Positions 42,591 to 54,593 are shown, counted from the stretch's first letter. The stretch is 64,000 nt of DNA from an uncultured Verrucomicrobiae bacterium (GCA_963788655.1 CAWBHS010000038.1:96001-160000); one strand, 5' to 3'. A program made the numbers and translations. The notes: a model not told the origin generated them from the sequence alone.

Positions 42591-43749
42591 ATGTCTGACG
42601 TTGTCACCAAACCAACTGCAATGGCCGTCGGCCAGCGCCACATTGCCACCATCCAGGACATGGCTTTCGGGGGTGAAGGCGTGGCGCGGGTGGATGATTT
42701 TGTGGTGTTTGTGCCGTTCGTGATTCCCGGCGAAGAGGTCGAGTTGGAAATTGTGGAAGTCAAAAAGCAGTTCGCTCGGGCCCGGTTGGTGGAAGTGCGC
42801 CGCCGGTCGTCCCGGCGTGTGGCGCCCCGGTGCCCGTACTTTGGCCGGTGTGGCGGATGCCAATACCAGCACTTGGATTATGCTCGGCAATTGGAGGTCA
42901 AACAAAAGCAAATCGCGGATCTTTTTGAACGGGTGGGGAAATTTCCTGCGGGCGTGGTCAGTCCCGTGGTTCCCTGTCCGCAACCTTACGGTTATCGGAA
43001 CCGGATCATGATTCGCAGCCAATGGAACAAGCCCGAGCAACGATTGAACATCGGCTTCTTACGCGGAGATTGCGGATTGGTGGAAGACCTTGAGGCGTGC
43101 GCCATTGCCGAACCGGCGCTCAATGAGCAGATCCGGCATGTCCGGGCGCATCCGCCGCCCAAGGGAGGCATCAAAGTGGTGTTGCGGGTGGCCCCGGAAG
43201 GCTGGGAGGTGCCGCCGGACTCGTTTTTCCAAAATAATTTCTTCCTCTTGCCCAAATTGGTGGAGGCGGCCCGCGACAGTTTGCGCGACGCCGGTACGCG
43301 CTACCTGGTGGACACGTATTGCGGGGTGGGCTTTTTCGCGCTCGAGCTGGCGGACGCCGTCGAGCGCTACGTGGGCATCGAGTACCGACCAGATGGCCAT
43401 CAAAGCCGCGCGGCAGAACGCCCCATTGCGACAACGGGCCAACGGCGAATTTCTGTCGGGCCGGACGGAGGATTTGTTGCCCAAAGTGATTGGCCGTCTT
43501 TCACCCGGCGCCACGACGGTTCTGCTCGATCCGCCGCGCAAAGGGTGCAGTCACGCCAGCCTGCAACTTTTGCGCGACCTGCGGCCTGCCCAGGTGATTC
43601 ATGTATCCTGTCATCCGGCCACTTTGGCGCGAGACTTGAACATTTTGTGCGCCGAGGGTGTCTTTGAATTACGGAAACTGGTTCCTTTGGATATGTTCCC
43701 GCAAACGCAGCACGTGGAATGCGTGGCGGACTTGAGACTGGGAAGTTGA
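42591..43749 (+). CDS. TRAM-domain 23S rRNA (uracil-5-)-methyltransferase, RlmD/TrmA family (frameshift near 43385)
   Basis: TRAM N-terminus, CPYFGRCGGCQYQH Fe-S motif, SFFQNN, DTYCGVG, LDPPRKG, VSCHPATLARD, DMFPQTQHVE. Confidence 0.9.
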
Positions 43750-43905
43750 GGTGCCGGAACCACGAGGCCGCTGGCGGGAAATGTTTGGAAACGGACCGGT
43801 CTGTCTGCCGTCGGCTGGTTTTGTAATGTGTCAAACCCTCATTGATTTTCCGCCCTTGTCAAGCCGTCGAGCATGGTTTCAACTCGACGGCGCAATCTGA
43901 ATGTA

Positions 43906-46797
43906 ATGGATACTGATCGAACATCATTGATGAACTTTGTGCAGCGCCGTTTGCCGTGGATCGTGGCGGCCGGCGCGTTGGTGGTTTACCTGCTGACCCT
44001 CAATCGCTGGATCACCTTTACCGGACTGCCCACCGCGTCCAAGGCTTTGGGCTGGGACTGGCAGCCCATGTTTTTGACGCCGCTGCTCTATCTGCTGACC
44101 TACCCGGTCCGCTGGCTGCCCGAAAGCTGGCAATTGATCGGACTGAATGTGTTTTCCACTATCTGTTCGGCGCTGACGCTAGCTCTGCTGGCCCGATCCG
44201 TCGCCATTCTCCCGCAGGACCGGACGCGCGAGCAGCGGGCATTTGAACGCAGTGAATATTCGTTCTTGAGCATTCGTACCGCTTGGTTGCCACCCGTGCT
44301 GGCCGCGTTGGTGTGCGGTTTGCAGTTGAGTTTCTGGGAAAACACCGTGGTGGCGACGGGCGAATCCCTGGACCTGTTGCTGTTCGCCTACTGTGTACGC
44401 TGCCTCCTGGAATATCGGATTGGCGAAAAATCCTCCTGGCTCTACCGCTTGGCGGTGGTGTACGGCCTGGGCATCACCAATGACTTTGCGTTGATCGCGT
44501 TTCTGCCTCTGTTAGTGGTCGCACTCGTTTGGATCAAGGGGCGCGGTTTCTTCAAGATGCGGTTTCTCCTCAACATGCTGGGCCTGGGGTTGGCCGGCTT
44601 GTCCTTGTATTTGTTGTTGCCGGCAATCAACAGCATCGGTGGCACCACGGATTACAGTTTTCTGGAAATTTTGCGTACGCATTGGGGATCGCAACGGAAC
44701 ACCCTCTGGCATTTCCCTCGGTTTCTATTAATCATCATGGGCTTTACTTCGCTGCTGCCGGTGTTGTTCATCGGCATTCGCTGGCCCGCGCAATACGGCG
44801 ATATCAGCGCGGCCGGCAACGCGCTGGCCAATCTGATGATGCACGTGGTTCACGCCTTGTTCCTGGGCGCGTGTCTTTGGGTGATGTTTGATCCCACCTT
44901 CAGTCCGCGCGCGCTTGGTCATCGTTACGGTCAGCCGTGGGCCTTTTTGCCGTTTTATTATCTGGCGGCGCTGACGGTCGGCTATTGCAGCGGCTATTTT
45001 TTGCTGGTATTGGGCGCCGCGCCGCACAAGCCCTGGCAACGGCCGTCGTTGCTGGCAAAAGTGCTCAAGAAGGCCGTGGTGGGCGTGGTCATGGCATCGG
45101 TGATTGGGGTGCCGGCGGCTTTGATCGTCAAGAACCTGCCGAAACTGCGTGCCGATCTGAATCCTTATCTTCGACAATTTGGCGTCCTGGCCCGCCAATG
45201 CCTTCCGGCCCAAGGGGCGATTGTGCTTAGTGATGACTCGTATCGGCTTTTTTCTCTCAAAGCGGCACTGCGTCGGTCGGGCACGGACAAGAATTACGTC
45301 CTGGTGAACACGGAGTTGCTGACCCGCAGCGCTTACCATCGCTATTTGCATCGCCAGTTTCCGGAAACCTGGCCGCAACTGCCCCCGCAACCCGCCGCGG
45401 AAGTGAAGGAAGTTGCGCCGAGAGATCTGATCCAGTTGCTGACCGATTTGCGCCGTTCGCACGAGATTTATTATCTGCACCCCAGCTTCGGCTACTACTT
45501 CGAGAAGTTCTATTTGAAGCCGCGCAACCTGGTCTATTTGATGGAGGCGTATCCCACCAATGCCGTTGCGGCGCCGCTCCTGACGGCGGAGGAATTCCGC
45601 GCCAACGACCAGTTTTGGCAGGATTGCCAGGAACAACTACAACCGTTGCGAAAGCAGATGAGCTCGACCGGCCAGTCAAACCAAAAGAAGAGATCGGACT
45701 TCTCGTATGCCACATTCATGATCGGCGGCATCTATTCACGGTGCCTGAATTTCCTGGGCGTCGAGCATCAAAAGGCAGGTCACTTGAAGGAAGCTGCGGA
45801 TTACTTCGCGTCGGCGTTGCAATTCAACCCGAAGAATCCGTCGGCCTTCATCAACCGGGCCTATAACGAACAGCTCCAGGCCGGCGAACGGCAAAGCATC
45901 CTGGGCACCGAGGAGGCCAAGGAAATGTTGCAACCGTACCACGGCAACATCGAATTGGTCTTGAACATGAACGGACCAATTGACGAGCCGCAAGCCTGTT
46001 TTGGCATGAGCCAGGTATTTGCCCGGGGCCACAACCTCCGCCAAGCAATGCAGCAACTTCAACGCGCCGCGGAGTTGGATCCCGCGTACTATGAAGCCCG
46101 CGTATCGCTGGCGACCGTGTACGCCGGGAACCAGCCGGATCAGGCGCTTCAGGAAGTCGCCAACATCCGGGCGTTTCCAGCCTTGCAGTCCGTGATCGCC
46201 ACCAATCCGCTACCGCTAATTCGGGCCGAGGCCTTGGCGTACGCGGCGAAGAAGAACATGGACAAAGCTACTGATCTCTTGCACGCCGCGCAGCAGAAAT
46301 ATCCGCAGGCGGTTTCCCCCTTTGCCACCGAAGCGCAAATCTATCTGGCCAATCAAGATGTCACCAACGCGCTGGCGGTCCTCGAACGCCAGATCAAAAT
46401 CCAGACCAACAAGGTGCCGGCGTTGCTCAATTACGGCCAGGTAAAGATGCAAACCAAAGCCGCCGGGGAAGCGATTCCCTATTTCACGCGCGCCTTGGAA
46501 CAAGATCCGCAGAACCGGGTGGTCCTGATGAACCGGGCGGCGGCCTGCCTGGACGCCGGCGAACGGGATCCCAGCAAGCTGGATCTTGCCGAGAAGGATT
46601 ACCAGACGCTGCTGGCAAACCTTTCCAAGCCGCCGCATTGGGTGTATTACGGCCTCGGCGAAGTGTTCTTCAAAAAGAAGCAAGCCGAGCAAGCCATCGA
46701 GTATTACCAGAAATACTTGAAACTGGTTCCCAAGGATTTGCCGGAAGCCATCCAAATCCAAGAGCGCATCAAGCAATTGAAACGTGGCTCATTCTGA
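43906..46797 (+). CDS. DUF2723 (TMEM260-like, GT-C) membrane protein with C-terminal TPR repeats
   Basis: VYLLTL start, ~11-13 TM helices, then ~330 aa of TPR-like repeats. Confidence 0.75.
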   Translation: MDTDRTSLMNFVQRRLPWIVAAGALVVYLLTLNRWITFTGLPTASKALGWDWQPMFLTPLLYLLTYPVRWLPESWQLIGLNVFSTICSALTLALLARSVAILPQDRTREQRAFERSEYSFLSIRTAWLPPVLAALVCGLQLSFWENTVVATGESLDLLLFAYCVRCLLEYRIGEKSSWLYRLAVVYGLGITNDFALIAFLPLLVVALVWIKGRGFFKMRFLLNMLGLGLAGLSLYLLLPAINSIGGTTDYSFLEILRTHWGSQRNTLWHFPRFLLIIMGFTSLLPVLFIGIRWPAQYGDISAAGNALANLMMHVVHALFLGACLWVMFDPTFSPRALGHRYGQPWAFLPFYYLAALTVGYCSGYFLLVLGAAPHKPWQRPSLLAKVLKKAVVGVVMASVIGVPAALIVKNLPKLRADLNPYLRQFGVLARQCLPAQGAIVLSDDSYRLFSLKAALRRSGTDKNYVLVNTELLTRSAYHRYLHRQFPETWPQLPPQPAAEVKEVAPRDLIQLLTDLRRSHEIYYLHPSFGYYFEKFYLKPRNLVYLMEAYPTNAVAAPLLTAEEFRANDQFWQDCQEQLQPLRKQMSSTGQSNQKKRSDFSYATFMIGGIYSRCLNFLGVEHQKAGHLKEAADYFASALQFNPKNPSAFINRAYNEQLQAGERQSILGTEEAKEMLQPYHGNIELVLNMNGPIDEPQACFGMSQVFARGHNLRQAMQQLQRAAELDPAYYEARVSLATVYAGNQPDQALQEVANIRAFPALQSVIATNPLPLIRAEALAYAAKKNMDKATDLLHAAQQKYPQAVSPFATEAQIYLANQDVTNALAVLERQIKIQTNKVPALLNYGQVKMQTKAAGEAIPYFTRALEQDPQNRVVLMNRAAACLDAGERDPSKLDLAEKDYQTLLANLSKPPHWVYYGLGEVFFKKKQAEQAIEYYQKYLKLVPKDLPEAIQIQERIKQLKRGSF

Positions 46798-47992
46798 ATC
46801 CGGCGGTGTTCTGCGTATCGTTCATGTCATCACCCGGCTCATCGTCGGTGGCGCGCAGGAAAACACGCTGGCTTCGGTCCTCGGCTTGCAGCAGATTCCC
46901 AGCTTCGAAGTGCAATTGGTATCCGGACCCACTCGCGGGCCCGAAGGCGCCCTGTTGGAGCAAGGAACCCCCGCCCCGCAGCGGCTGACGATCCTGCCGC
47001 ATTTGGTTCGGCCAATCGCTCCCTGGCGGGACACTCTGGCGTTCAGGGAACTGGTGCGCCGGTTTCGCGCCCAGTCGCCCGACATCGTTCACACTCATAG
47101 TGGCAAGGCAGGAATCCTGGGCCGCTTGGCCGCGGTCCGCGCCGGCGTGCCGTTGATTGTTCATACTATTCATGGGCCGTCGTTCGGCCCGTTTCAAGGC
47201 AGGCTGCCCAATGCGCTGTTCACCGCTGCCGAACGTTTTGCCGGCCGATTCACTACCCATTTTGTGAGTGTCGCGGACGCCATGACCCGCCAGTATCTGG
47301 CCGCCGGGATTGGCACACCGTCCCAATACACGCGCATCTACAGCGGATTCGAATTGAAGCCGTTTCTCGAAGCCAGCAACAGTGCCGAACGGCGGCGGCG
47401 CTGGGGGTTGGCGCCGAATGATTTCGTCGTCGGGAAAATCGCGCGACTCTTCAAACTGAAAGGTCACGAAGACCTCTTTGCCGTGGCGCCGGAATTGGTC
47501 CGGCAGTGTCCGCAGTTCAAATTCCTGCTGGTGGGAGACGGGGCCTGGCGGGAACGATTCGAGCGGCAGGCGCGGGAACTGGGATTGGCGAAACACTTTG
47601 TGTTTATCGGCTTGGTGCCGCCGGCAGACATTCCGACGCTCGTGGGTTTGATGGACGTTGTGATCCATCTGTCCCGGCGGGAGGGACTGCCACGCGCGCT
47701 GCCGCAAGCCCTGGCGGCGGGCAAGCCGGTGGTGGCTTATGATTGCGATGGCGCCGGTGAAGTGTGCCGCACCAATGAAACCGGTTTCCTGGTGTCGCCC
47801 GGTGACTTGCGGGAGTTAAAAAAACGGTTGTTGAAACTCGCCGCCGATCCCGCGTTGCGCCATCGCCTGGGCCAACATGGCCGGCTACTGGTTCGAGAAG
47901 TGTTCCCCGTGGACCGCATGATCCGCGCGCTGAGAGAGCTTTACCGGCGATTGGCCGCGGCGCGCCAAGTGGCCAAGCCTGAGTTGGAGTAA
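46784..47992 (+). CDS. Glycosyltransferase family 4
   Basis: HVITRLIVGGAQEN, VHTHSGKAG, KGHEDL, EGLPRALPQALAAGKPVV. Confidence 0.92.
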   Translation: MAHSESGGVLRIVHVITRLIVGGAQENTLASVLGLQQIPSFEVQLVSGPTRGPEGALLEQGTPAPQRLTILPHLVRPIAPWRDTLAFRELVRRFRAQSPDIVHTHSGKAGILGRLAAVRAGVPLIVHTIHGPSFGPFQGRLPNALFTAAERFAGRFTTHFVSVADAMTRQYLAAGIGTPSQYTRIYSGFELKPFLEASNSAERRRRWGLAPNDFVVGKIARLFKLKGHEDLFAVAPELVRQCPQFKFLLVGDGAWRERFERQARELGLAKHFVFIGLVPPADIPTLVGLMDVVIHLSRREGLPRALPQALAAGKPVVAYDCDGAGEVCRTNETGFLVSPGDLRELKKRLLKLAADPALRHRLGQHGRLLVREVFPVDRMIRALRELYRRLAAARQVAKPELE

Positions 47993-47994
47993 AA

Positions 47995-48975
47995 ATGACT
48001 TTCCCCTTGAACATCTATCTGGCGGCGTTGGTTGGCGCGGGTTTGGTTTCCGCGCTGTCCTTGCCAGTGTGGCGGAAGGTGTGCTGGCGGTTCAGCTTGG
48101 TGGATGATCCGGGCCATCGCAAAATTCATTCGCAGCCGGTGGCGCTGGCAGGTGGCTGGGCGGTGTTGACCGGCTTGCTGGTGCCGTTGCTGCTGCTGGC
48201 CATCCTGTGGCCGCTGCACCTGCTGGGGCCGGACGAGGTGGCCAAACTCGGTTACGGTCTCCGCGCGCGCGGCGGCCAGTTATTCGCCATCCTGGGGGGG
48301 GCCGTGGGAATGACGCTGTTGGGCGGACTGGACGACCGGCATGAATTGCGCGCCGCCACAAAATTTGCGGGTCAACTGGCCATCGCGTTTTTGGTCGCGG
48401 CCTCGGGGATTCGGATCACCTTGTTCGTCCCCAGCGCGCTGTTCAGTTACGCCGTAACAGTGCTCTGGATTCTGACGGTGACCAATGCGTTCAATTTCAT
48501 GGACAACATGAATGGCCTCTGCGCTGGTCTGGGCGTCATTGCCGGCTTGCTGTTTGGATTGGCGGCGGCGCTGCAAACGCATTACCTGGTCGCGACGCTG
48601 GCGTTCTACGTGAGTGGTGCGGTCCTGGGATTTCTGCCGCACAACTTTCCCCGGGCAACGGTTTTTCTCGGCGATGCCGGGAGTCATTTGATCGGTTACC
48701 TGATGGCCGTGCTGGCAATTTTGCCGCACTTCTATTCGGCGCAGAATCCCCGGATACTGGCGGTGGCCAGTCCGTTGCTCATTCTGGCGGTGCCGTTGCT
48801 GGATCTCGTCTGGGTCGTGGGATTGCGTTGGCGGGCGGGCAAGCCCGTTTACGTCGGGGACACCAATCACTTGTCGCACCGGCTGGTGCGCGGCCGCTTC
48901 AGTCCAGTTGCGGCGGTCCTGCTGATTTGGGGCTTGGCCGCAATCCTGGGAAGCCTGGCGTTGCTGTTGGTTTAA
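47995..48975 (+). CDS. MraY/WecA-family polyprenyl-phosphate sugar-1-phosphate transferase
   Basis: DDPGHRKIH, GGLDD, NAFNFMDNMNGL, FLGDAGS, GDTNHLSHRL. Confidence 0.92.
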   Translation: MTFPLNIYLAALVGAGLVSALSLPVWRKVCWRFSLVDDPGHRKIHSQPVALAGGWAVLTGLLVPLLLLAILWPLHLLGPDEVAKLGYGLRARGGQLFAILGGAVGMTLLGGLDDRHELRAATKFAGQLAIAFLVAASGIRITLFVPSALFSYAVTVLWILTVTNAFNFMDNMNGLCAGLGVIAGLLFGLAAALQTHYLVATLAFYVSGAVLGFLPHNFPRATVFLGDAGSHLIGYLMAVLAILPHFYSAQNPRILAVASPLLILAVPLLDLVWVVGLRWRAGKPVYVGDTNHLSHRLVRGRFSPVAAVLLIWGLAAILGSLALLLV

Positions 48976-49064
48976 TGCTGCTGGCGGAGTGGCGCCGCCA
49001 ATACGTTTGATGTCAATACGTTTGATTGCCAAGGCGGTGTTCGTGCGCCACACTGCGGCGGAAA

Positions 49065-50645
49065 ATGAGCAAACGCTTTTATATCACGACCGCCATCGAC
49101 TACGTGAACGGCCAACCGCATCTCGGCCACGCGTACGAGAAGGTCATTACCGATGTCATCGCCCGGGCGCAGCGGGCTTGGGGCACGAAGTGTTTTTTCT
49201 GACGGGCACCGATGAGCACGGCCAGAAAGTGCAGCAAGCCGCCCAAGCGGAAGGCAAGAATCCTCAGACGTATTGCGATGAACTGGCCGCGTCCTGGAAG
49301 GCCTTTGCCGCCAAGCTCGATCTCTCCAATGACGACTTCATCCGCACCACCGAACTGCGGCACAAAACCTTGGTTCAGGCCGCGCTGACCAAGCTGCACG
49401 CCCAGGGCCATTTTTACAAAGCGACGTACACCGGGTTCTACTCCGCCAAGGAAGAAACGTTCTTGACGGACAAGGACCGTCTCCCGGACGGGACGTTTGA
49501 CGCGGCATGGGGCAAGGTGGTCGAGTTGTCGGAGGACAACTATTACTTTCGTCTCGGCGAGCATCAGCAATGGCTCATTGACCACCTCGAAGCCAACCCG
49601 GAGTTCGTTTACCCCAGCTACCGGCGCAACGAGGTGTTGGGTTTTCTGAAGAACAACAAGCTCGAAGACTTGTGCATTACCCGGCCGGCCGCCCGTTTGA
49701 ACTGGGGTATTCCTTTGCCGTTTGATCCGGAATTCGTGACGTATGTTTGGTTCGACGCGTTGTCCAACTACATCACCGCTCCCGGGGCTGACGGGGATCC
49801 CGTCATTCAAGCTGCAGCTCGCTCCCCAAGCTGCAACCGGCGAGTCGCCCTTGGAAGTCTGGCCCGCCGATGCGCACGTCGTGGGCAAGGACATCATCAA
49901 GTTTCACTGCGTCTATTGGCCGATCATGCTCAAAGCGATGGGGCTGCCGCTGCCCAAGCAAGTGCTCGTCCATGGCTGGTGGCAAAAGGACAACCAGAAG
50001 ATGAGCAAGAGCACCGGCAACGTTGTGGAGCCCGGCGCCGTGATCGACGAATGGGGGGTGGACGCCTTCCGCTATTACGTCGTGCGGGAACTGGACATCG
50101 GTCCGGATGGCAATTGGACCGACGCCGGTTTTGCCGCCCGTTACCAGGCCGAATTGGCGAATGGGCTGGGCAATCTCGTAAACCGTTCGCTGTCGATGCT
50201 CAAACGATATCGGCAGGGCATCGTGCCCAAACGTTCGGACGAACTGGCGCCCGAGGTCAATCAAGCGGTGCAGCGGATCGCGGAACAAGTGCGGACCTAC
50301 CAATTGCAGTCTGCGCTGGAAAGCATCTGGAGCATCGTGAATCGGGGCAACCAGTACGTGGATCAAACGGCGCCGTTCAAGCTGGCTAAAGATCCAGCCC
50401 GGGCGGCGCGCTTGGATGAGGTGCTTTACAATCTGGCAGAGACGTGCCGCGTTCTGGCCGTGGTGTTGGTGCCCTTCCTGCCGACGACTTGCCGGAAGCT
50501 GCTTACCCAACTCGGTCTGTCGGACGCGCAAACCAGTTTCAGCGCCGCCGCCTGGGGCGGTCTGCCCGAAGGTCATACCATTGGCGAGTTGGCACCGCTG
50601 TTCCCGCGGAAGGATCAGGCTCCGAAGCAAGCTTCCGGGACGTAG
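49065..50645 (+). CDS. metG: Methionine--tRNA ligase, short form (frameshifts near 49170 and 49810)
   Basis: [21 protein letters not shown] (HIGH), [35 protein letters not shown]. Confidence 0.95.
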
Positions 50646-50945
50646 CCGGTGGTGCGTTCGCCCGCGGCAGAGGGCTGCCGCATTCCATGACTTGTTGGCC
50701 GATTGTTTTGCGCAATCGGCAGACGAATGGAAGTTGCTGCCGCGATGCGGCCTCTGCACTTTGAGAAGTTTGGAATATCCGAACTCGAATGCCGGCGTCC
50801 CGCCGCAAGGAGTGGGGGTATGTTTGGCGTGCCCATGCCCGGTGGTGTGAAGCTCGAATGGGCCATTCCATATAGCCGGCAAGATGCTGACCGCACGTTA
50901 CCGAAAATAGTTTCCTTTGCCCCTCGCTTGGCAAAGAATGTCCAG

Positions 50946-53087
50946 ATGCATACCAATTCACTGCTTCGGTGGCTAAGCTTGGGATTGCTGGTGGCAGCCG
51001 GTACCAACTGCGCGCACCTGTCGTCCGGACTGAAATACCCGGTCACCGCCCGCACCAACACGGTGGATGTCTATCACGGCGTCAAAGTCGAGGATCCGTA
51101 TCGCTGGCTCGAAGACGACAATTCGCCCGCTACCAAGGCCTGGGTGGAAGCGGAAAACAAAGTGACCTTCGCCTACCTGGATCGCATCCCGCAGCGCGCT
51201 GCCATTAAACAACGCCTGACGCAACTGTGGAACTTTGAGCGCTACGGGGTGCCTTTCAAACAGGGCGGCCGCTACTTCTATTCGCGCAACGATGGGCTGC
51301 AAAACCAAAGCGTCATTTATACCCTGACCGCTCTGGATGCCAAATCCACCTTGCTGCTTGATCCCAATACGCTGTCTGCAGACGGCACCGTCGCGCTGAC
51401 GAGTTACGCGATCAGCGACGACGGCAATCTGATGGCCTATGGTCTGGCCACCGCCGGTTCCGACTGGCAGGAATGGCGGGTGCGCGACGTGCGCACGGCG
51501 AAGGATCTCGACGACCATTTGAAATGGGTCAAGTTCTCCGGCGCTTCGTGGTCAAAGGATGGGAAGGGTTTTTATTACAGCCGCTTCGATGAACCGTCCG
51601 CCGCGGACAAGCTCACCCAAGTCAATTATTTCCAAAAGCTCTACTACCATCGCGTCGGCACGCCGCAGTCGGCGGACCCGTTGATTTACCAACGCCCGGA
51701 CCACAAGGACTGGGGCTTCAGCGGTGACGTGACCGACGACGGTCATTACCTGATCATCTCCGCCTCGCAAGGCACCGATCCGAAGAATCGCGTCCTGTAT
51801 CTGGACCTGCAGAAACCGGACGCCAAAGTCACCGAACTGCTCATGGGCTTTGATGCCGCTTACAACTTCATTGACAACGACGGCCCGGTGTTCTGGTTTC
51901 TGACGGACTTGAACGCGCCGCGCAGCCGGGTCATCGGCATTGACATCTCCAAGCCCGAACGCGCGAACTGGCGTGAAATCATCCCGCAATCCACGAACGC
52001 CCTCAAACAGGTCAATGTGATCAACAACCAGTTTGTGTGCTCGTATCTCCAGGATGCCCACTCGCAAGTAAGGTTCTTTGGTCTGGACGGGAAATTCATT
52101 CGCGAACTGGAATTGCCAGGCTTGGGCTCGGCGAGCGGTTTTTCGGGCAAACGCACCGACACCGAAACCTTTTATGCTTTTACGAGCTTTACCGTGCCAG
52201 GCACGATTTATCGCTACGATTTGCAGACCGGCCAGAGCCAAGTCTTCCGCGAACCGAAGGTCGATTTCAACCCGGCCAATTACGAAACCCGACAAGTCTT
52301 TTACCACAGCAAGGACGGCACGCGTGTGCCCATGTTCATCACCGCGCGCAAAGGCCTGAAGATGAACGGCAAGAATCCCACGCTACTGTACGGCTATGGC
52401 GGCTTTGACATTTCCCTCACGCCCCGGTTCAGCGTCGTGAACCTGGCCTGGATGGAAATGGGCGGCGTGTATGCCTTGGCCAATCTGCGCGGCGGCGGCG
52501 AATACGGCGAAGCCTGGCACGAAGCGGGCACCAAGCTGAAGAAACAAAATGTGTTCGATGACTTCATCGCCGCGGCTGAATGGCTGATCGTGAATCGCTA
52601 CACCAATCCGAAGAAACTCGCCATCGCTGGCGGCAGCAATGGCGGCCTGCTGATTGGGGCGGTGGTGAACCAGCGCCCGGACCTGTTCGGCGTCGCACTG
52701 CCGGCGGTGGGCGTGATGGACATGTTGCGTTTCCAGAAGTTCACCATCGGATGGGCGTGGACGTCGGACTACGGTTCCTCGGATGATCCCGAGCAATTCA
52801 AAGCCCTCTATGCCTACTCGCCGCTGCACAACATCAAGCCCGGCACGCACTACCCGGCGACGCTCATCACCACCGCCGACCACGACGATCGCGTGGTGCC
52901 GGCCCACAGTTTCAAATATGCCGCCACGCTGCAGGCCGCGCAGGGCGGATCGGCGCCCATTCTCATTCGGATCGAAACCCTGGCCGGCCACGGCGCCGGC
53001 AAACCCACCGCCAAGCTCATCGAAGAAGCCACCGACAAATTGGGCTTTATGGTGAAGGAATTGGGAATGAAGATGCGGACGAAATAA
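50946..53087 (+). CDS. Prolyl oligopeptidase (S9A)
   Basis: DPYRWLE, GGSNGG catalytic Ser, DDRV, GHGAGK. Confidence 0.95.
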   Translation: MHTNSLLRWLSLGLLVAAGTNCAHLSSGLKYPVTARTNTVDVYHGVKVEDPYRWLEDDNSPATKAWVEAENKVTFAYLDRIPQRAAIKQRLTQLWNFERYGVPFKQGGRYFYSRNDGLQNQSVIYTLTALDAKSTLLLDPNTLSADGTVALTSYAISDDGNLMAYGLATAGSDWQEWRVRDVRTAKDLDDHLKWVKFSGASWSKDGKGFYYSRFDEPSAADKLTQVNYFQKLYYHRVGTPQSADPLIYQRPDHKDWGFSGDVTDDGHYLIISASQGTDPKNRVLYLDLQKPDAKVTELLMGFDAAYNFIDNDGPVFWFLTDLNAPRSRVIGIDISKPERANWREIIPQSTNALKQVNVINNQFVCSYLQDAHSQVRFFGLDGKFIRELELPGLGSASGFSGKRTDTETFYAFTSFTVPGTIYRYDLQTGQSQVFREPKVDFNPANYETRQVFYHSKDGTRVPMFITARKGLKMNGKNPTLLYGYGGFDISLTPRFSVVNLAWMEMGGVYALANLRGGGEYGEAWHEAGTKLKKQNVFDDFIAAAEWLIVNRYTNPKKLAIAGGSNGGLLIGAVVNQRPDLFGVALPAVGVMDMLRFQKFTIGWAWTSDYGSSDDPEQFKALYAYSPLHNIKPGTHYPATLITTADHDDRVVPAHSFKYAATLQAAQGGSAPILIRIETLAGHGAGKPTAKLIEEATDKLGFMVKELGMKMRTK

Positions 53088-53095
53088 ACGGCCGG

Positions 53096-53789
53096 ATGCC
53101 GGCATTTTCAAATATCCGGGCGGTCACCTTCGACGTCGGCGGCACGTTGATCGATCCGTGGCCATCGGTGGGGCATGTGTATGCCGAAGTCGCAGCCGAG
53201 AACGGTCTTCCAGGCTTGGTTCCTGCGGCGTTGACCGATCGTTTTGCTGCTGCCTGGCGGGCTGAACCAGACTTCGATTATTCACGGGCGGCCTGGATGC
53301 GCTTGGTGGACGAAACGTTTCAGGGATTGATCGCACCGCTCCCGAGCCAAACGTTCTTCGAGGCGCTTTATCAACGATTCGAGCAACCGACTGCCTGGCG
53401 GATCTTTGAAGATGTGCGCCCGGTGCTCGCGCAATTGCGGAAGCGCGGATTGCGGTTGGGGATCATCTCGAACTGGGACGACCGCTTGTGTCGGCTGCTG
53501 ACCAACCTGGACTTGAATCAGTACCTTTGAAATCATGGTGGTATCCGTCGAGGCTGGCTGCACCAAGCCGAACGCCGCCATTTTTGGCCAGGCCGCTGCG
53601 GCTTTGAAAATGCCCGCCGCCGCGATTCTGCACGTGGGCGACAGCGTGACGAACGATCTCGAAGGCGCCCAAGCCGCCGGCTTTCGAGCGTTGTTGCTCG
53701 ACCGCCACCAACGCAAGAATCGACCGGGTCACATTCAGACGCTGGGGGAGTTAGCCGAGATGGTGTCCGGAAGCGAGAAGCTGTCATGA
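53096..53789 (+). CDS. HAD-family hydrolase (frameshift near 53525)
   Basis: FDVGGTL, ISNWD, KPNAAIF, HVGDSVTNDLEGA. Confidence 0.9.
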
Positions 53790-53828
53790 TGCGATTTATA
53801 CAAATCGCTGCTACTTAACCGGCTGGGG

Positions 53829-53857
53829 TTGACTTGATTGGACCGAATCCCTAGCTT
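53829..53857 (+). promoter_or_regulatory. Probable sigma-70 promoter of sdhCAB
   Basis: TTGACT, 17 bp spacer, TAGCTT, ending 25 bp upstream of the sdhC start. Confidence 0.45.
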
Positions 53858-53882
53858 TAGCGTTCCAACGTTTTGCTGATAC

Positions 53883-54593
53883 ATGAATTTACTTAAACGA
53901 ATTTGGCAATCGTCCCTGGGCAAGAAATACATCATGGCCGGCACCGGCGTGTGTCTGTTGCTGTTCGTGCTCGGACACATGGTGGGAAATCTGCAGGTTT
54001 TTGAGGGGCCGGATGCCATCAATGCTTATGCCCATTTTTTGCAGAGCAATCGCCATGTACTCTGGACTGTCCGGAGTATTCTCCTGGTGATTGTGGGACT
54101 GCACATTCTCTCCGCCATCAAGCTGAGCCTGGAAAACAAGGCGGCGCGCCCCATCGCTTACCAACAGCAAGAACTGGTGGCCGCCTCGTACGCCTCCCGC
54201 ACCATGTTGATGAGCGGCCTCATCATCGCGGCGTTTGTCGTGTATCACTTGCTGCACTACACGGCCCAAGTGCGCGCCATAAATTTGACCGGCCAGCAGT
54301 TTACTCAGTTTGTGGATGCGCATGGCCACCATGACGTTTTCAAAATGATGGTGGTCGGCTTCAGTCAACCGGTGGTTTCGGCATTTTACATCTTCGCCAT
54401 TTTGCTGTTGTGCCTCCACCTGCGGCACGGCATCGCCAGCATGGCCCAATCGCTGGGCGTGACCCGCGCCGGCAACCGGGGATTTTTCGAGGGCCTCGCG
54501 TGGACGCTGGCCACGATCTTTTTTCTCGGCTATAGCTCCATTCCAATCGCCATCTTGTGCGGCTATGGAAAGGAGGTTCTGCACCAGTTATGA
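53883..54593 (+). CDS. sdhC: Succinate dehydrogenase/fumarate reductase cytochrome b subunit
   Basis: [13 protein letters not shown]...HMVGNL, five TM helices, HLRHGIAS. Confidence 0.92.
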   Translation: MNLLKRIWQSSLGKKYIMAGTGVCLLLFVLGHMVGNLQVFEGPDAINAYAHFLQSNRHVLWTVRSILLVIVGLHILSAIKLSLENKAARPIAYQQQELVAASYASRTMLMSGLIIAAFVVYHLLHYTAQVRAINLTGQQFTQFVDAHGHHDVFKMMVVGFSQPVVSAFYIFAILLLCLHLRHGIASMAQSLGVTRAGNRGFFEGLAWTLATIFFLGYSSIPIAILCGYGKEVLHQL

